Positions 24,492 through 33,850 of a stretch of 64,000 nucleotides of DNA are shown here, piece by piece. The first letter of the stretch is position 1, and each line of letters begins with the position of its first letter. The translations under genes were made by a program, and so were the position numbers. Origin of the DNA: a virus (Duplodnaviria > Heunggongvirae > Uroviricota > Caudoviricetes); the IMG/VR virus record IMGVR_UViG_3300035703_000003; one strand, given 5' to 3'. Below the pieces are notes generated by a model that saw only the letters and a list, made by a program, of their open reading frames with translations, ran no database searches and was not told the DNA's origin.

Positions 24492-26987
24492 TTATACTGT
24501 AGTTGCAAGTGTTCCAGTATTGACGATACGAATTGGAATGTAGATAAATTCAACTGCTTTTGCTGGTTCAATTGCTACGTCGATCCACAGTTCGTTACGA
24601 TCAATTCTAGCAGGTGTATTGTTTGATTCATCACAAACAACCACATAGTCATACACACCACGCTTTGCTAAGATATCGGCTAAGAACTTTTCAAATACTA
24701 GTTTTGCTCTTTCTCTTGTTTGTGCATCATTAAGTTCAAACAAGAATGGACGAGCTAGTGCATCAAAACGCTCTCTTAGATATGCAACAAGTCTAGCAAC
24801 GTTTACACGATCGAGCGCACTAGTTGAAGTATGTAGTGTCTTTTGTCCGTATATTACTGTTCCATTGCCAACGAATGTTGCAATAGGATTTAGCTTGTTT
24901 TGATACATCGCATCACGTTGACCTTGTGTTAGAGAAATTGCTTTGAACTCATTCTCTGTGGTTAAATAACCAACTGCACTTGCGTTTTGTACTACGCCAC
25001 GTGTTGTTCCTGCTGGTGGGAACCATACGTAGCTAATGTTATCGTTATATGCATATGTGTATAGTGCAACATGGCTAGGAGGAACAACAACTGTGTTACC
25101 ATTTAATGGTTCTGTAGTTGTTGCTGCAGGATAGTAAACTGCACTGTATGTGTTGTTAGTTACTAAGCCGTCTTCGCCGTTCTCGGTTGCAACGTTTGCG
25201 TTTTGAGCCCATTGAACAACTTGTGTTGGATTTTTACGCATTGGCGCATCGATAATAATAAACGCAGTTTCACCACGATCACTGTTTAGTGTTACTAGCT
25301 CGTCTGTCAGTTCAGGATAACCTGGTGCTGCAATTAAGCTAAAAGTATATTGTGGATCTCTGAGATCTTCGCCAGATGCAACAGCTTGCATTGCATTTAC
25401 TACGTATTGGCGTTGTGCAAATCGACCAAATCGACCACTGCCATCTGCGTGATTGCTTACTGCATTTCTCCATGCACTTGCAGTAGAATTATATGCACGA
25501 ACTGTATTTTTACTTTGTGCCATGTTAATAACAATCATACCGTTCGGATAAATGTCTGGATCTGGTGCACCTGTAATTAGTGTTGTTGCATCACCTAATG
25601 TATCTGTAATGTCAGCGAATAAAACACCACGATCAGTTGATTGATCTGTATTGTCGTATGTGATCCAACCTAGCGCACCTTTGTATACTTTTACAACTGG
25701 ATATGCACGTTCATTCGCTTGACCAAAACCTGCATTTGTTGTGTCGATCCAAACGTCATCAGTTGACGGACTAGCAGGTGCAGTTGTTCCATACGTTGGA
25801 GTTACTGCATCATAAGCGCCACTGTTAACAACATATACATCAAGTTCGTCTATTGTATTATCGAACCAAAGCTGTCCGTTTGATGCAACTGCAGATGGTT
25901 GAGATATTTGTGCATACTTCGCAACAGTAGTTCCTAATGCTTCGGGCGCTTTTGCTGTGCTTACTTTTTGTATTAAAATTAAACCTTTAGTATTAACATC
26001 AAGGTCTAATAGTATATCTCCTGTAGTAGCAGTTGAACTTGTTAGTGCAGAAACAGAACTACCGTCCTGTGGATAGAAATCTCCGATGCTAGTGCTTGCG
26101 CCTGCAGTCAATGCAGTTGTTACACCCTGAACACCGATTCTAACAAAATCGGCAAGAGATGATGAATATCTATGTGCAACTAAATCAAGTCCATTACCAG
26201 CTGATGTAGTTTTGATCCAAACATCGCCGTCGCCTGGACTTGCAGGAACGCTAAAGTGTCTTGCCCACGTAACTGTATCGCCGCTGCTCAATGTAGAATC
26301 ACTGTCTAGTTCTTCCCATGACCCGCCGATACCCTTAAAGTATTGTATAGAAACACCACCTGTTTGATTTAAGTGGAACACAACTAGATAAGTCCCGTTA
26401 ACAACAGTAGTTGAAGGTACAAATAAAGCGTCACCTGCGCTGTTTAAACCGTTTACTTCGTTTGCAACAGCATTATCGTTTACTTCAATTACAGGGGTCT
26501 TTACAACCCATGTACCTGTTGTAGTGCTATATTCATGAATACCGTATGAAGTTTCGTCTGTGTCGAACCACCAAGTGTTCGCTGTGCTAATTGCAGATGT
26601 TGGTTCAGTTGTTGTAGCTATTAGCTGAGACAAATCAACGTTTGCACGAACAATAAATGCTTGACTACCTTGACCTAAATAGCTGTATGCTGCCATCAAT
26701 CCGTATTCACTTGTTTCAGAACCTTGAATTACGCTTGAACCACTAGTAGTGAATTGTGGATTACCGAAATACTGTGTTAGTTCACGCTGTGATGTAACTC
26801 TAACTACTTCACCTGCACGAACTGACTTTGTATACAATGCAATGCCGTCAGTTTCACTACCAGTAGGATCTACTTTGTCTTGTTCGGTAGCAATTACTAG
26901 TAGTGGAATTGTGCCTGCACCTGGTGCGCCGTATGCACTTTCATCAACTACTGTAACCGATACGCCTGGGGATACTAAAGTTACCAT
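24492..26987 (-). CDS. Tail sheath protein (gp18-like)
   Basis: 831 aa. N-terminus MVTLVSPGVSVTVVDES resembles T4 gp18 MTLLSPGIELKETTVQ. C-terminal YDYVVVCDESNNTPARIDRNELWIDVAIEP matches T4 YEYRVVCDTTNNTPSVIDRNEFVATFYIQP. Confidence 0.9.
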   Translation of the reverse strand: MVTLVSPGVSVTVVDESAYGAPGAGTIPLLVIATEQDKVDPTGSETDGIALYTKSVRAGEVVRVTSQRELTQYFGNPQFTTSGSSVIQGSETSEYGLMAAYSYLGQGSQAFIVRANVDLSQLIATTTEPTSAISTANTWWFDTDETSYGIHEYSTTTGTWVVKTPVIEVNDNAVANEVNGLNSAGDALFVPSTTVVNGTYLVVFHLNQTGGVSIQYFKGIGGSWEELDSDSTLSSGDTVTWARHFSVPASPGDGDVWIKTTSAGNGLDLVAHRYSSSLADFVRIGVQGVTTALTAGASTSIGDFYPQDGSSVSALTSSTATTGDILLDLDVNTKGLILIQKVSTAKAPEALGTTVAKYAQISQPSAVASNGQLWFDNTIDELDVYVVNSGAYDAVTPTYGTTAPASPSTDDVWIDTTNAGFGQANERAYPVVKVYKGALGWITYDNTDQSTDRGVLFADITDTLGDATTLITGAPDPDIYPNGMIVINMAQSKNTVRAYNSTASAWRNAVSNHADGSGRFGRFAQRQYVVNAMQAVASGEDLRDPQYTFSLIAAPGYPELTDELVTLNSDRGETAFIIIDAPMRKNPTQVVQWAQNANVATENGEDGLVTNNTYSAVYYPAATTTEPLNGNTVVVPPSHVALYTYAYNDNISYVWFPPAGTTRGVVQNASAVGYLTTENEFKAISLTQGQRDAMYQNKLNPIATFVGNGTVIYGQKTLHTSTSALDRVNVARLVAYLRERFDALARPFLFELNDAQTRERAKLVFEKFLADILAKRGVYDYVVVCDESNNTPARIDRNELWIDVAIEPAKAVEFIYIPIRIVNTGTLATTV

Positions 26988-27079
26988 ATATTTTTACTCC
27001 TCTGGGTTTAACTATCTAAATATATTTATTAAAACCACTATATATTTCGGCGATTACGGACATTAACTACGTATATAAT

Positions 27080-27108
27080 AAAAAAAGACACCGGTAAGGT
27101 GTCTTTTA
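27080..27108. terminator. Bidirectional rho-independent terminator
   Basis: GACACC-GGTAAG-GTGTC hairpin flanked by A7 and TTTTATT runs. Confidence 0.6.
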
Positions 27109-27130
27109 TTATAAAGGTTTTATCTTAATT

Positions 27131-27661
27131 TTAGTTTAACGTTCGTCTAGGACTATCCAGATTTAACATGTTTGTCATTAACTGACTTGTGTTAAATTCA
27201 AGTTCTGCTAACGTTCCGTTATTATCGATAGTAAAATCTGCCATCCAATGTTCAAGACTCATGCTGTCTTTAGATTCTAAAGGAAGATGATCGCTTCGAT
27301 CTACCCAGACTGCAACATCAAACACACCCGTGTTCTTCATAGCAAAAAATTCACGTTTATTACGGAGACCGCAGTATATGTCGTGTGCTTTGAAAATTTC
27401 TCTGCCTAGCCTAGCTGCATCAGGAACATTATAATCGCAGATAGCATCATACCATTCTGCTCTGTGATTATGCCGGTCAGCATAACATTCTTCTTCATTA
27501 GCATAACCATATTTGTCCTTAAGATCATTAAAAATGAATAACTTACTACAAAATTTGCTACTGCTTTCAAAACTAAATCCGTAGTTGTCTCTTAAAATTT
27601 CGCAGACAGTATCTTTGCCATGGCGACCATGACCAATTATTAACAATTTAGGTAATTTCAT
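27131..27661 (-). CDS. P-loop (deoxy)nucleoside monophosphate kinase-like protein
   Basis: N-terminus MKLPKLLIIGHGRHGKDT resembles T4 gp1 dNMP kinase MKLIFLSGVKRSGKDT. Confidence 0.5.
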   Translation of the reverse strand: MKLPKLLIIGHGRHGKDTVCEILRDNYGFSFESSSKFCSKLFIFNDLKDKYGYANEEECYADRHNHRAEWYDAICDYNVPDAARLGREIFKAHDIYCGLRNKREFFAMKNTGVFDVAVWVDRSDHLPLESKDSMSLEHWMADFTIDNNGTLAELEFNTSQLMTNMLNLDSPRRTLN

Positions 27662-27712
27662 TTAGAACTCTTTTATATATTAGTTAGTTTGTAACATATT
27701 AGGCTATTATTG

Positions 27713-28456
27713 TCAACCTATTATAATTCCTAATCCTATACTACCATCAACATAAGTCTTAAGTTCGTCGTCGAGTTTATCAATTGATGCTTGTGCATCC
27801 GATCTTAGCGCATCGGCATTCAATGAAGTACCACCTTGTGGACCTGCAATAGTATTAAACTTACCTCTTGCTTCTGCTAACATTAATTTTGCATATGCAA
27901 GTGAAAGTTCTTTAATCCACGGTGCGCTATAAACATCCATTAATAATTCTTCATCTGTTCTATATTTGAAAACATGCAAAAAAACAGTGTCACTTGCTTT
28001 AACACGGCGGTGTAACAATAATTTCTTAGACACATTGTTCCAAGAAAACATAAACTTTTCACCAAATATCCGCCCCAATGCTTCTCTATTTTGTGCAAGG
28101 AAGTCATATGTAGCCATGCCGCCCGGACGACCTTGATATAATAAAAAGTTGTTTAAGTATGCAGTCTCAAAGGGTTCAATGTCGCCACCACTACTACTAT
28201 TGAGTGTTCCGCTTGTTCTGCGGTATAAGTCTTTTACATCGATAACTTCGTCTGGTAAAGTGTATTCAACTTGATCTTCTACGATGTCTAACGGTATGAA
28301 TCCTTCTTCAACTGAGTTTTCTGCTCGTTGACGATATTTCTCTACTGCTTTTTGTATAGACAACTCGTAATGTTCGGGGTCAAGTTCGACATCGACCATT
28401 TGACCGCCTAACCGGAGCTCTATTTCTTTGATGAGTGATTGCTTTTTGTTTGCCAT
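27713..28456 (-). CDS. Hypothetical protein
   Basis: 247-aa ORF. Confidence 0.5.
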   Translation of the reverse strand: MANKKQSLIKEIELRLGGQMVDVELDPEHYELSIQKAVEKYRQRAENSVEEGFIPLDIVEDQVEYTLPDEVIDVKDLYRRTSGTLNSSSGGDIEPFETAYLNNFLLYQGRPGGMATYDFLAQNREALGRIFGEKFMFSWNNVSKKLLLHRRVKASDTVFLHVFKYRTDEELLMDVYSAPWIKELSLAYAKLMLAEARGKFNTIAGPQGGTSLNADALRSDAQASIDKLDDELKTYVDGSIGLGIIIG

Positions 28457-28464
28457 GCTAATAT

Positions 28465-29160
28465 TTATACCTTAAAATAGTCAGCAACATACTTGAGTAG
28501 TTGCTTTATTTGTTTCGAGTTTGCTGGAAATATCTGACGGAATCTGTCATACGATGGCAACTCATCTCGATATCGTTCTGGATTACGCAATGCTGCTTCT
28601 GGATTGTCGGTGTCTTTCATTTCATCTGCGATGTCACGCCCATATGCCATAAGCTCATGTGGATCACGCAAATAACTACGCATCAGATCTCTATCAGTGC
28701 CGCCTGCTGCTTTTTTTTCGACGCCCTTCATATATCCGCTTTTATGCTTAGATAATACTGCAGGATCAATCTTGTCGTATTGATTCCAATGCACTGTTTC
28801 ATGTGCTAACATTCGCATTATTGTTTTTTTGAATGTTTCTGGACCCCATACACGTTCTAAATTCTTAGCGTGAAGGAAAACACGAATGCTTTTACCTTCC
28901 TTAGGGTCCCAATCTGCTGCGGCACTAACCCACTCGTTCGGATCTTTACGTGGGCTGTAGTCTGCTATGAAATCGATTGGTAGTTCATCAACGTTATTAG
29001 AGTTTAGTATTTCCTCTAACTCGTTGATGTCATCTTCGTCATCGTTGTCTTGCAAGTATTCTTGATACTCTGCAATAGAATCATCGACGATCTCCTCTAC
29101 TTGAGAAAGGAAATCGTCGTCTGGTTCTATCTTTGCTTCTAACAGTTCATGTAATCTCAT
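28465..29160 (-). CDS. Putative zinc metallopeptidase (HExxH) with acidic N-terminal region
   Basis: HETVHW motif within LAHETVHWNQ. N-terminus is extremely acidic (DNDDEDDINELEE). Confidence 0.4.
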   Translation of the reverse strand: MRLHELLEAKIEPDDDFLSQVEEIVDDSIAEYQEYLQDNDDEDDINELEEILNSNNVDELPIDFIADYSPRKDPNEWVSAAADWDPKEGKSIRVFLHAKNLERVWGPETFKKTIMRMLAHETVHWNQYDKIDPAVLSKHKSGYMKGVEKKAAGGTDRDLMRSYLRDPHELMAYGRDIADEMKDTDNPEAALRNPERYRDELPSYDRFRQIFPANSKQIKQLLKYVADYFKV

Positions 29161-29168
29161 GCATATAT

Positions 29169-30329
29169 TTATTGAAATACTTTGAGAATCACAATGTCTT
29201 CGTTGAAGCGGCCGTTCATCTTAGTATCAGTTGTCTTAAGGTAACCAAACTGTGTATCGACTTTGTGTTTAGTTACTTTCTTCCAGTGAGGTAGGATCTC
29301 TTCCGGCTTTCGAATCGTTTTTTGAACACTCTTGGTTTCATCGAAGAACTTCAACGAAGTCCCACTTACTTGGAATGTGCAATTAGCTTCAGCATAGTAT
29401 ACACCTAGCTTTCGATTTTTAGCGTTAAACACTACGGCAACAGTTGCACCAATCAAGTCTGCAGGGTTTACACTGGCAATACCATACTGTGGTTCGCTAG
29501 CTTTGAACTTGAGTTTCTTAACAAGCTCTGCAGCACTCTTTTGTTTTACTTTACGTGGTGCTTTGACTTGCTTCTTCTCTGCACGAAGAATTTCTACGGC
29601 TTGCATAACACGGGTGTAAAACTCGTAGAGTTCTTTTTGTTGCAGTTTAGTAAACCGATTATACCCTTCAGCGAGTTGTTTTTGCATCTCGTCTTGCTTT
29701 GCAGGAGTAGGAAGGTTAACTAGTTCTTCCATTTCTTCAAACGAACCTTTATACCACTCGTTAATGAAGCGGGCGTGACCAAGGTTAATCTCTTTTGCTT
29801 TGAAGTATGTTAGCGGATGCTTGTCCTTTAGCGGGTTGGCTTTAGGATCACGTAGGAAATCATCAATCCACTGCTCGAGCTCTTCGAGTTTTTCTTCAGT
29901 TGCTTCTCGCAAACGCTCTTGAATGGTAGGAACATACACTTCTTTTTTAGAAGTAGGCTTTTCACTTTGAATAACTTGTTTGCCTTCTTCTACAAGTTGG
30001 GCAAGATATTTTTTAAAGCCGTTAGCATACACTTCTGGCACAGGGTGATCGAACAAATACATCTGTGCTGTAGTAGCCCAATGACTTCCGAAGCTAAGTT
30101 TGCTTTCAGGTAGTTTGTTAATTGCAACTTGATCTTGCTTGGACATGAATTTCTTCACGTAAGCCTTAACAGCCGCACCCCATTCACGACTTTCAACTTC
30201 GTAATGGACATAAAACTTTGCTTTTTGAAAATCACCAGTAGGCATTGCTGCCATACCAGTGACTCGCCGTGATGCACGGACTGTTTTCTTTTTTCGGGGC
30301 GTTAGTGTTTTTGCAACCGCTTTAGCCAT
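29169..30329 (-). CDS. Hypothetical basic protein
   Basis: 386-aa ORF with a K/R-rich N-terminus. Confidence 0.5.
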   Translation of the reverse strand: MAKAVAKTLTPRKKKTVRASRRVTGMAAMPTGDFQKAKFYVHYEVESREWGAAVKAYVKKFMSKQDQVAINKLPESKLSFGSHWATTAQMYLFDHPVPEVYANGFKKYLAQLVEEGKQVIQSEKPTSKKEVYVPTIQERLREATEEKLEELEQWIDDFLRDPKANPLKDKHPLTYFKAKEINLGHARFINEWYKGSFEEMEELVNLPTPAKQDEMQKQLAEGYNRFTKLQQKELYEFYTRVMQAVEILRAEKKQVKAPRKVKQKSAAELVKKLKFKASEPQYGIASVNPADLIGATVAVVFNAKNRKLGVYYAEANCTFQVSGTSLKFFDETKSVQKTIRKPEEILPHWKKVTKHKVDTQFGYLKTTDTKMNGRFNEDIVILKVFQ

Positions 30330-30554
30330 TTAGCATTCCTCAAATTCAACACCGCCGTATTGGCCGATGTAATAAAGACCACGTTCGAACAGAGAAGCAG
30401 CATTTTTTGCAACTGTTTCTGTTTTGTAATAGTGACGGTCAACTAGATCTTCGTCGCCGTCTACAAAGAACGCAACTTCCCAAGACCACCCTTCGGTCTT
30501 GCTACTTCCAAAACCAACTTCGCCCCATTCTTTCGTAACAATAGCTTCACGCAT
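30330..30554 (-). CDS. Small hypothetical protein
   Basis: 74-aa ORF abutting the upstream gene. Confidence 0.45.
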   Translation of the reverse strand: MREAIVTKEWGEVGFGSSKTEGWSWEVAFFVDGDEDLVDRHYYKTETVAKNAASLFERGLYYIGQYGGVEFEEC

Positions 30555-30556
30555 CT

Positions 30557-30673
30557 ATTTACTCCTCAAAGTAAACTGAATGTTGGAACCCTGCGTTTTT
30601 ACCGTATGCGTAGGCATGGTCGACAGTATCAAAGTGATACTTTGTCCCGATGTTGTAGAAGTGACATACCCAC
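30557..30673 (-). CDS. Small ORF (about 38 aa, MWVCHFYNIGTKYHFDTVDHAYAYGKNAGFQHSVYFEE) not in the track
   Basis: Hand translation of the minus strand. Lies in an operonic position. Confidence 0.25.
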
Positions 30674-30685
30674 ATTAGAGCGTCT

Positions 30686-30832
30686 CCAGCAATTTTTCAA
30701 AATCAGCCTTCATACCTTGTGCGGCCTTCAGCGCACGTTCACGCTCAACTGTATCCTCGATGAGCATATAATTGGCAATATTAGTATCACACGCTTTGAT
30801 GTAGTTTTCAATCATCTCACGCATCTGTCTCT
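30686..30832 (-). CDS. Small ORF (about 48 aa, MREMIENYIKACDTNIANYMLIEDTVERERALKAAQGMKADFEKLLETL) not in the track
   Basis: Hand translation. It lies 20-25 bp downstream of a consensus promoter. Confidence 0.35.
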
Positions 30833-30852
30833 CCGTCGCTGCCTACATTATT

Positions 30853-30881
30853 AATATAAGCAAAGTGTCTTGGTTTGTCAA
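30853..30881 (-). promoter_or_regulatory. Sigma70-type early promoter TTGACA-N17-TATATT
   Basis: Reverse complement reads TTGACAaaccaagacactttgctTATATT. Confidence 0.6.
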
Positions 30882-31240
30882 TAACTATTTTCAAGTTTTT
30901 CGATAATCTTTTTTTCTCTGATGTATTCTGCATAACGAGTTCGACGACCGTCTTTGTCAGAACACCAGTCTTTAACACGCTGATAGCTACCGATCGAACT
31001 CTCGGGCATGTTTACAACAACAGTATGAGCAATATCTGCCAAATTCTCTCGGTTCCATGTATCTGCACGGCCCGCAGCAAGATACAAGTCATTTGCCAAA
31101 ACGCTTGTCAAAAAGCCGCCAGGTTCGAACCCATGAATAAGATAGTTTTCCACAGCTTCATCAACATAGTTATTACCAAGCGTAAAATCTATATATTTCA
31201 TTTGCGGTCTCCTTGACGTTACAATAAGACAGTAATACAT
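30878..31240 (-). CDS. Hypothetical protein (true start probably the internal Met, MKYIDF...)
   Basis: 120-aa ORF. Its 5' end overlaps the promoter, which suggests a shorter real protein. Confidence 0.4.
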   Translation of the reverse strand: MYYCLIVTSRRPQMKYIDFTLGNNYVDEAVENYLIHGFEPGGFLTSVLANDLYLAAGRADTWNRENLADIAHTVVVNMPESSIGSYQRVKDWCSDKDGRRTRYAEYIREKKIIEKLENSY

Positions 31241-31294
31241 ATTGGTTTTGAAGTCAAGAGAAAAGGGCCCGTAGGCCCTAATCCTTTTTAATTA

Positions 31295-32704
31295 TTACTT
31301 TGCTGGTGTAGCAGCAATAGTCGGGTCAACTTGCAGATCCTTTGCAGTCTTAACCATCAGCATCTGCATGAAAGTATCAACAGTGCCAAGTGCATTTCCA
31401 GCTGAACCGTTTTCTCCGCCGATTACAGTAGCAGGAACATTGATTCTAGCAGCCGCATCTGCCCAAACTTTCTGTGCTTCTGTCCATGCAGCTAGTTTTT
31501 GTGCTAGAGCACCATCAGCAAGTAGAATTGCTTCTTTTGCGTAGGCTTCAGCATCAGCAGCAACAGTTACAGCTTCAGCATCAATTCGGGCTCGGTCTAG
31601 ATTGATTGCAGCCGTTTGCTTGGCAATTTCTGCTTCTTCACGAACACGCTCTGCTTCGATTAGTGCCAACTTCTTGGTAGTTTCAGCATTAGTAGTCTTT
31701 TCAATCTGCTCAACCTTTGCTTCTGCTTGACGCTTGGCAATGTCAGTTTCACCTTGTTGGATCGCAAGCAAACGCTGTTCTTCTTGTTCTAGACGCTGTT
31801 CACGTGCCACAACTCGGCGGCTTGCAGCTTTTTTACGTTCGCCAATTTGACGTTCGTATTCGTCGTCAGGATCGATGTTTTCAAGAATAGCACTTGCTAC
31901 AGTAACGCCAATTTCAGTAAAGTCATGCGGTGTACGAACATCATTGCCGTTTGCGTCAGTAATTTTCTCCATCAATACTTTGCGAACTTCAGTGTCACCA
32001 ACTTCGCTAGTATCTTGTGCAGCATCACTATCACTAGCAGCAACACGATTTCGAATTACACCGCCAGCTTGGTTAAGACTGATCTGTCGAACCTGGGCAC
32101 GACCTTTTTCAATAGCATCTTTGAATTCGCTTTTGAACTGGTCACGCTTACCACCCGAGTAGTATTCTTCCATGGTGAACATGTTAGATACTGAGTCAAG
32201 CGATGCAGTAACAGCAGGCTTTAGAGTAGTATTGATTAGACGCTCTGGAGTTCGGAAAGTGCGAGCCATTTCTAGGAATTGCGATTGTTCCTGCGGAATG
32301 CCAAACCGTGTAGTTTGTGTTACATCACCGGTCCAGTTGTCTGCAAGTCGAACACGATATGGTTCAGCAATCGAACCTTGAAAGGCTGTGCCAGAATTTT
32401 CACCTGTAGCATCGAGTGTGTGTGCTACAGTAATATAATGTGGCCATGCAGTGCTATTACCCCAACCTGCAAAATACCAACCAGTTTCACAAGTCGAAGT
32501 TTCGTTGCCAAAAATAGTACGAACATGTTGACAGAAGCCAGCATCGTTATAATTAAAAGTACCCCAAAGTGCAGCAACAACGCCAAGCACACCAGTTGCA
32601 GTGCTGACAAGAGTGCGAACAGGACGTAGTTCTTCCGCTGTAAGAACAGCACGAATGACAAAAGCACTGATTACAAGAATAAGACCAAGAATAAGACCAA
32701 ACAT
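31295..32704 (-). CDS. Membrane-anchored SPFH/band-7-like protein with long C-terminal coiled coil
   Basis: 469 aa. N-terminal TM helix (ILGLILVISAFVIRAVL) and an E/A/K/Q-rich coiled coil reminiscent of HflK/C or flotillin. Domain call is by composition and architecture only. Confidence 0.35.
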   Translation of the reverse strand: MFGLILGLILVISAFVIRAVLTAEELRPVRTLVSTATGVLGVVAALWGTFNYNDAGFCQHVRTIFGNETSTCETGWYFAGWGNSTAWPHYITVAHTLDATGENSGTAFQGSIAEPYRVRLADNWTGDVTQTTRFGIPQEQSQFLEMARTFRTPERLINTTLKPAVTASLDSVSNMFTMEEYYSGGKRDQFKSEFKDAIEKGRAQVRQISLNQAGGVIRNRVAASDSDAAQDTSEVGDTEVRKVLMEKITDANGNDVRTPHDFTEIGVTVASAILENIDPDDEYERQIGERKKAASRRVVAREQRLEQEEQRLLAIQQGETDIAKRQAEAKVEQIEKTTNAETTKKLALIEAERVREEAEIAKQTAAINLDRARIDAEAVTVAADAEAYAKEAILLADGALAQKLAAWTEAQKVWADAAARINVPATVIGGENGSAGNALGTVDTFMQMLMVKTAKDLQVDPTIAATPAK

Positions 32705-32778
32705 TTATTTCTCCTTTTGTTAGGCCGAAGTAGTTATAAGTAAACAAAACATAGCACCGTTAAGTGCTATGTCAACTC

Positions 32779-33438
32779 TTAGTTTTCGATTGCTTCAGTT
32801 ACAATCTTAACACCATCGAAATACTTGGTAGCCTTTTCGCTCTTAGTGTCAACTGCAGTAACCTTAGCAACTGTGATACCTTTGCTATCAGTTTTTAGCA
32901 ACAGGTCGCCAATCTTAACGCTGCCTTCCTTGCCTAGATAGCTGTATTCAGTGCCGGTCCCGTTGAACTGGACACTAAAAGTGAACGGCATAACAAGTTC
33001 AACATCTTTCTTGTGATAAGCAACAAGATCGCCAGTTCCCTTCATTTCGAGAACATACTCGCCTTTGCTGTTAACCGCAAGACCAACGCCAAAAGCACCG
33101 TCTTTAGTTTGAAATAGTTTACCCTTCATTTTTCCATATCCTTGTTCAGTTTCTGTTTTGTGTTCGTCCAATAGAACAACATGCCTTACATCTAGTCGTC
33201 CTGTGCTTGCACCACTATGAACATAACGTCCATAGACAGTGCTTCCATATTCTTCTGTAACTTCGATGACTTTTGTTCCATACTTTTTACGAACTAAGTC
33301 ACCCTTTTGTAATTTCTGTGTCATTGTTTTACTCTTCGTAGGTTGTTGTTTTTGTATCCTAGATCTATTGCCCCAATATCCGTCTATCAAATGGTTTACA
33401 TAATCGTCAACCCAACTGCTATCGGTCCATTGGATCAT
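32779..33438 (-). CDS. Hypothetical protein
   Basis: 219-aa ORF. Confidence 0.5.
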   Translation of the reverse strand: MIQWTDSSWVDDYVNHLIDGYWGNRSRIQKQQPTKSKTMTQKLQKGDLVRKKYGTKVIEVTEEYGSTVYGRYVHSGASTGRLDVRHVVLLDEHKTETEQGYGKMKGKLFQTKDGAFGVGLAVNSKGEYVLEMKGTGDLVAYHKKDVELVMPFTFSVQFNGTGTEYSYLGKEGSVKIGDLLLKTDSKGITVAKVTAVDTKSEKATKYFDGVKIVTEAIEN

Positions 33439-33749
33439 TCAACAGTCACCGTTGCACCATCATACGGAACAAAAGTCATTACTTCTGGGGTAGACATCCG
33501 ACCAAGCCCAAACAGACCTGCCACGTTAGTCCATGAACCAACATATGCAGTGTAACTACCAGATGCGTCCTTGCACAGAACGTCGATCTGGTTAACAGCA
33601 CTGTCGCCATTGCCTGTAGACACTTCTACAGACAAGATTTCTGCACACTTGTCTTTGGGGTAGTATACAGTTTCGGCACTCACACCGCTATACATGAGAA
33701 TCAGTGCAAGCGTTGCAGCAACACGGTGAATTTTAGTTTTCAGTTTCAT
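33435..33749 (-). CDS. Small secreted or periplasmic protein (signal peptide)
   Basis: 104 aa. N-terminus MKLKTKIHRVAATLALILMYSGVSA is signal-peptide-like. Two Cys residues. Confidence 0.5.
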   Translation of the reverse strand: MKLKTKIHRVAATLALILMYSGVSAETVYYPKDKCAEILSVEVSTGNGDSAVNQIDVLCKDASGSYTAYVGSWTNVAGLFGLGRMSTPEVMTFVPYDGATVTVE

Positions 33750-33789
33750 GTCGTGTAATCCTTTATCGACGTTCCTACCTTACTAACAT

Positions 33790-33850
33790 AGTGAGTCGAC
33801 GCACTGTTGTCAAGAACATTTTGTCAATTTTATAGATAAATATATACATC
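33790..33850 (+). promoter_or_regulatory. Candidate plus-strand promoter region for the 33851..36785 gene block (TTGTCA, TTGTCA and GATAAATATATA elements)
   Basis: Divergent intergenic region. ATAAATAT resembles the T4 late-promoter core. Confidence 0.3.
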
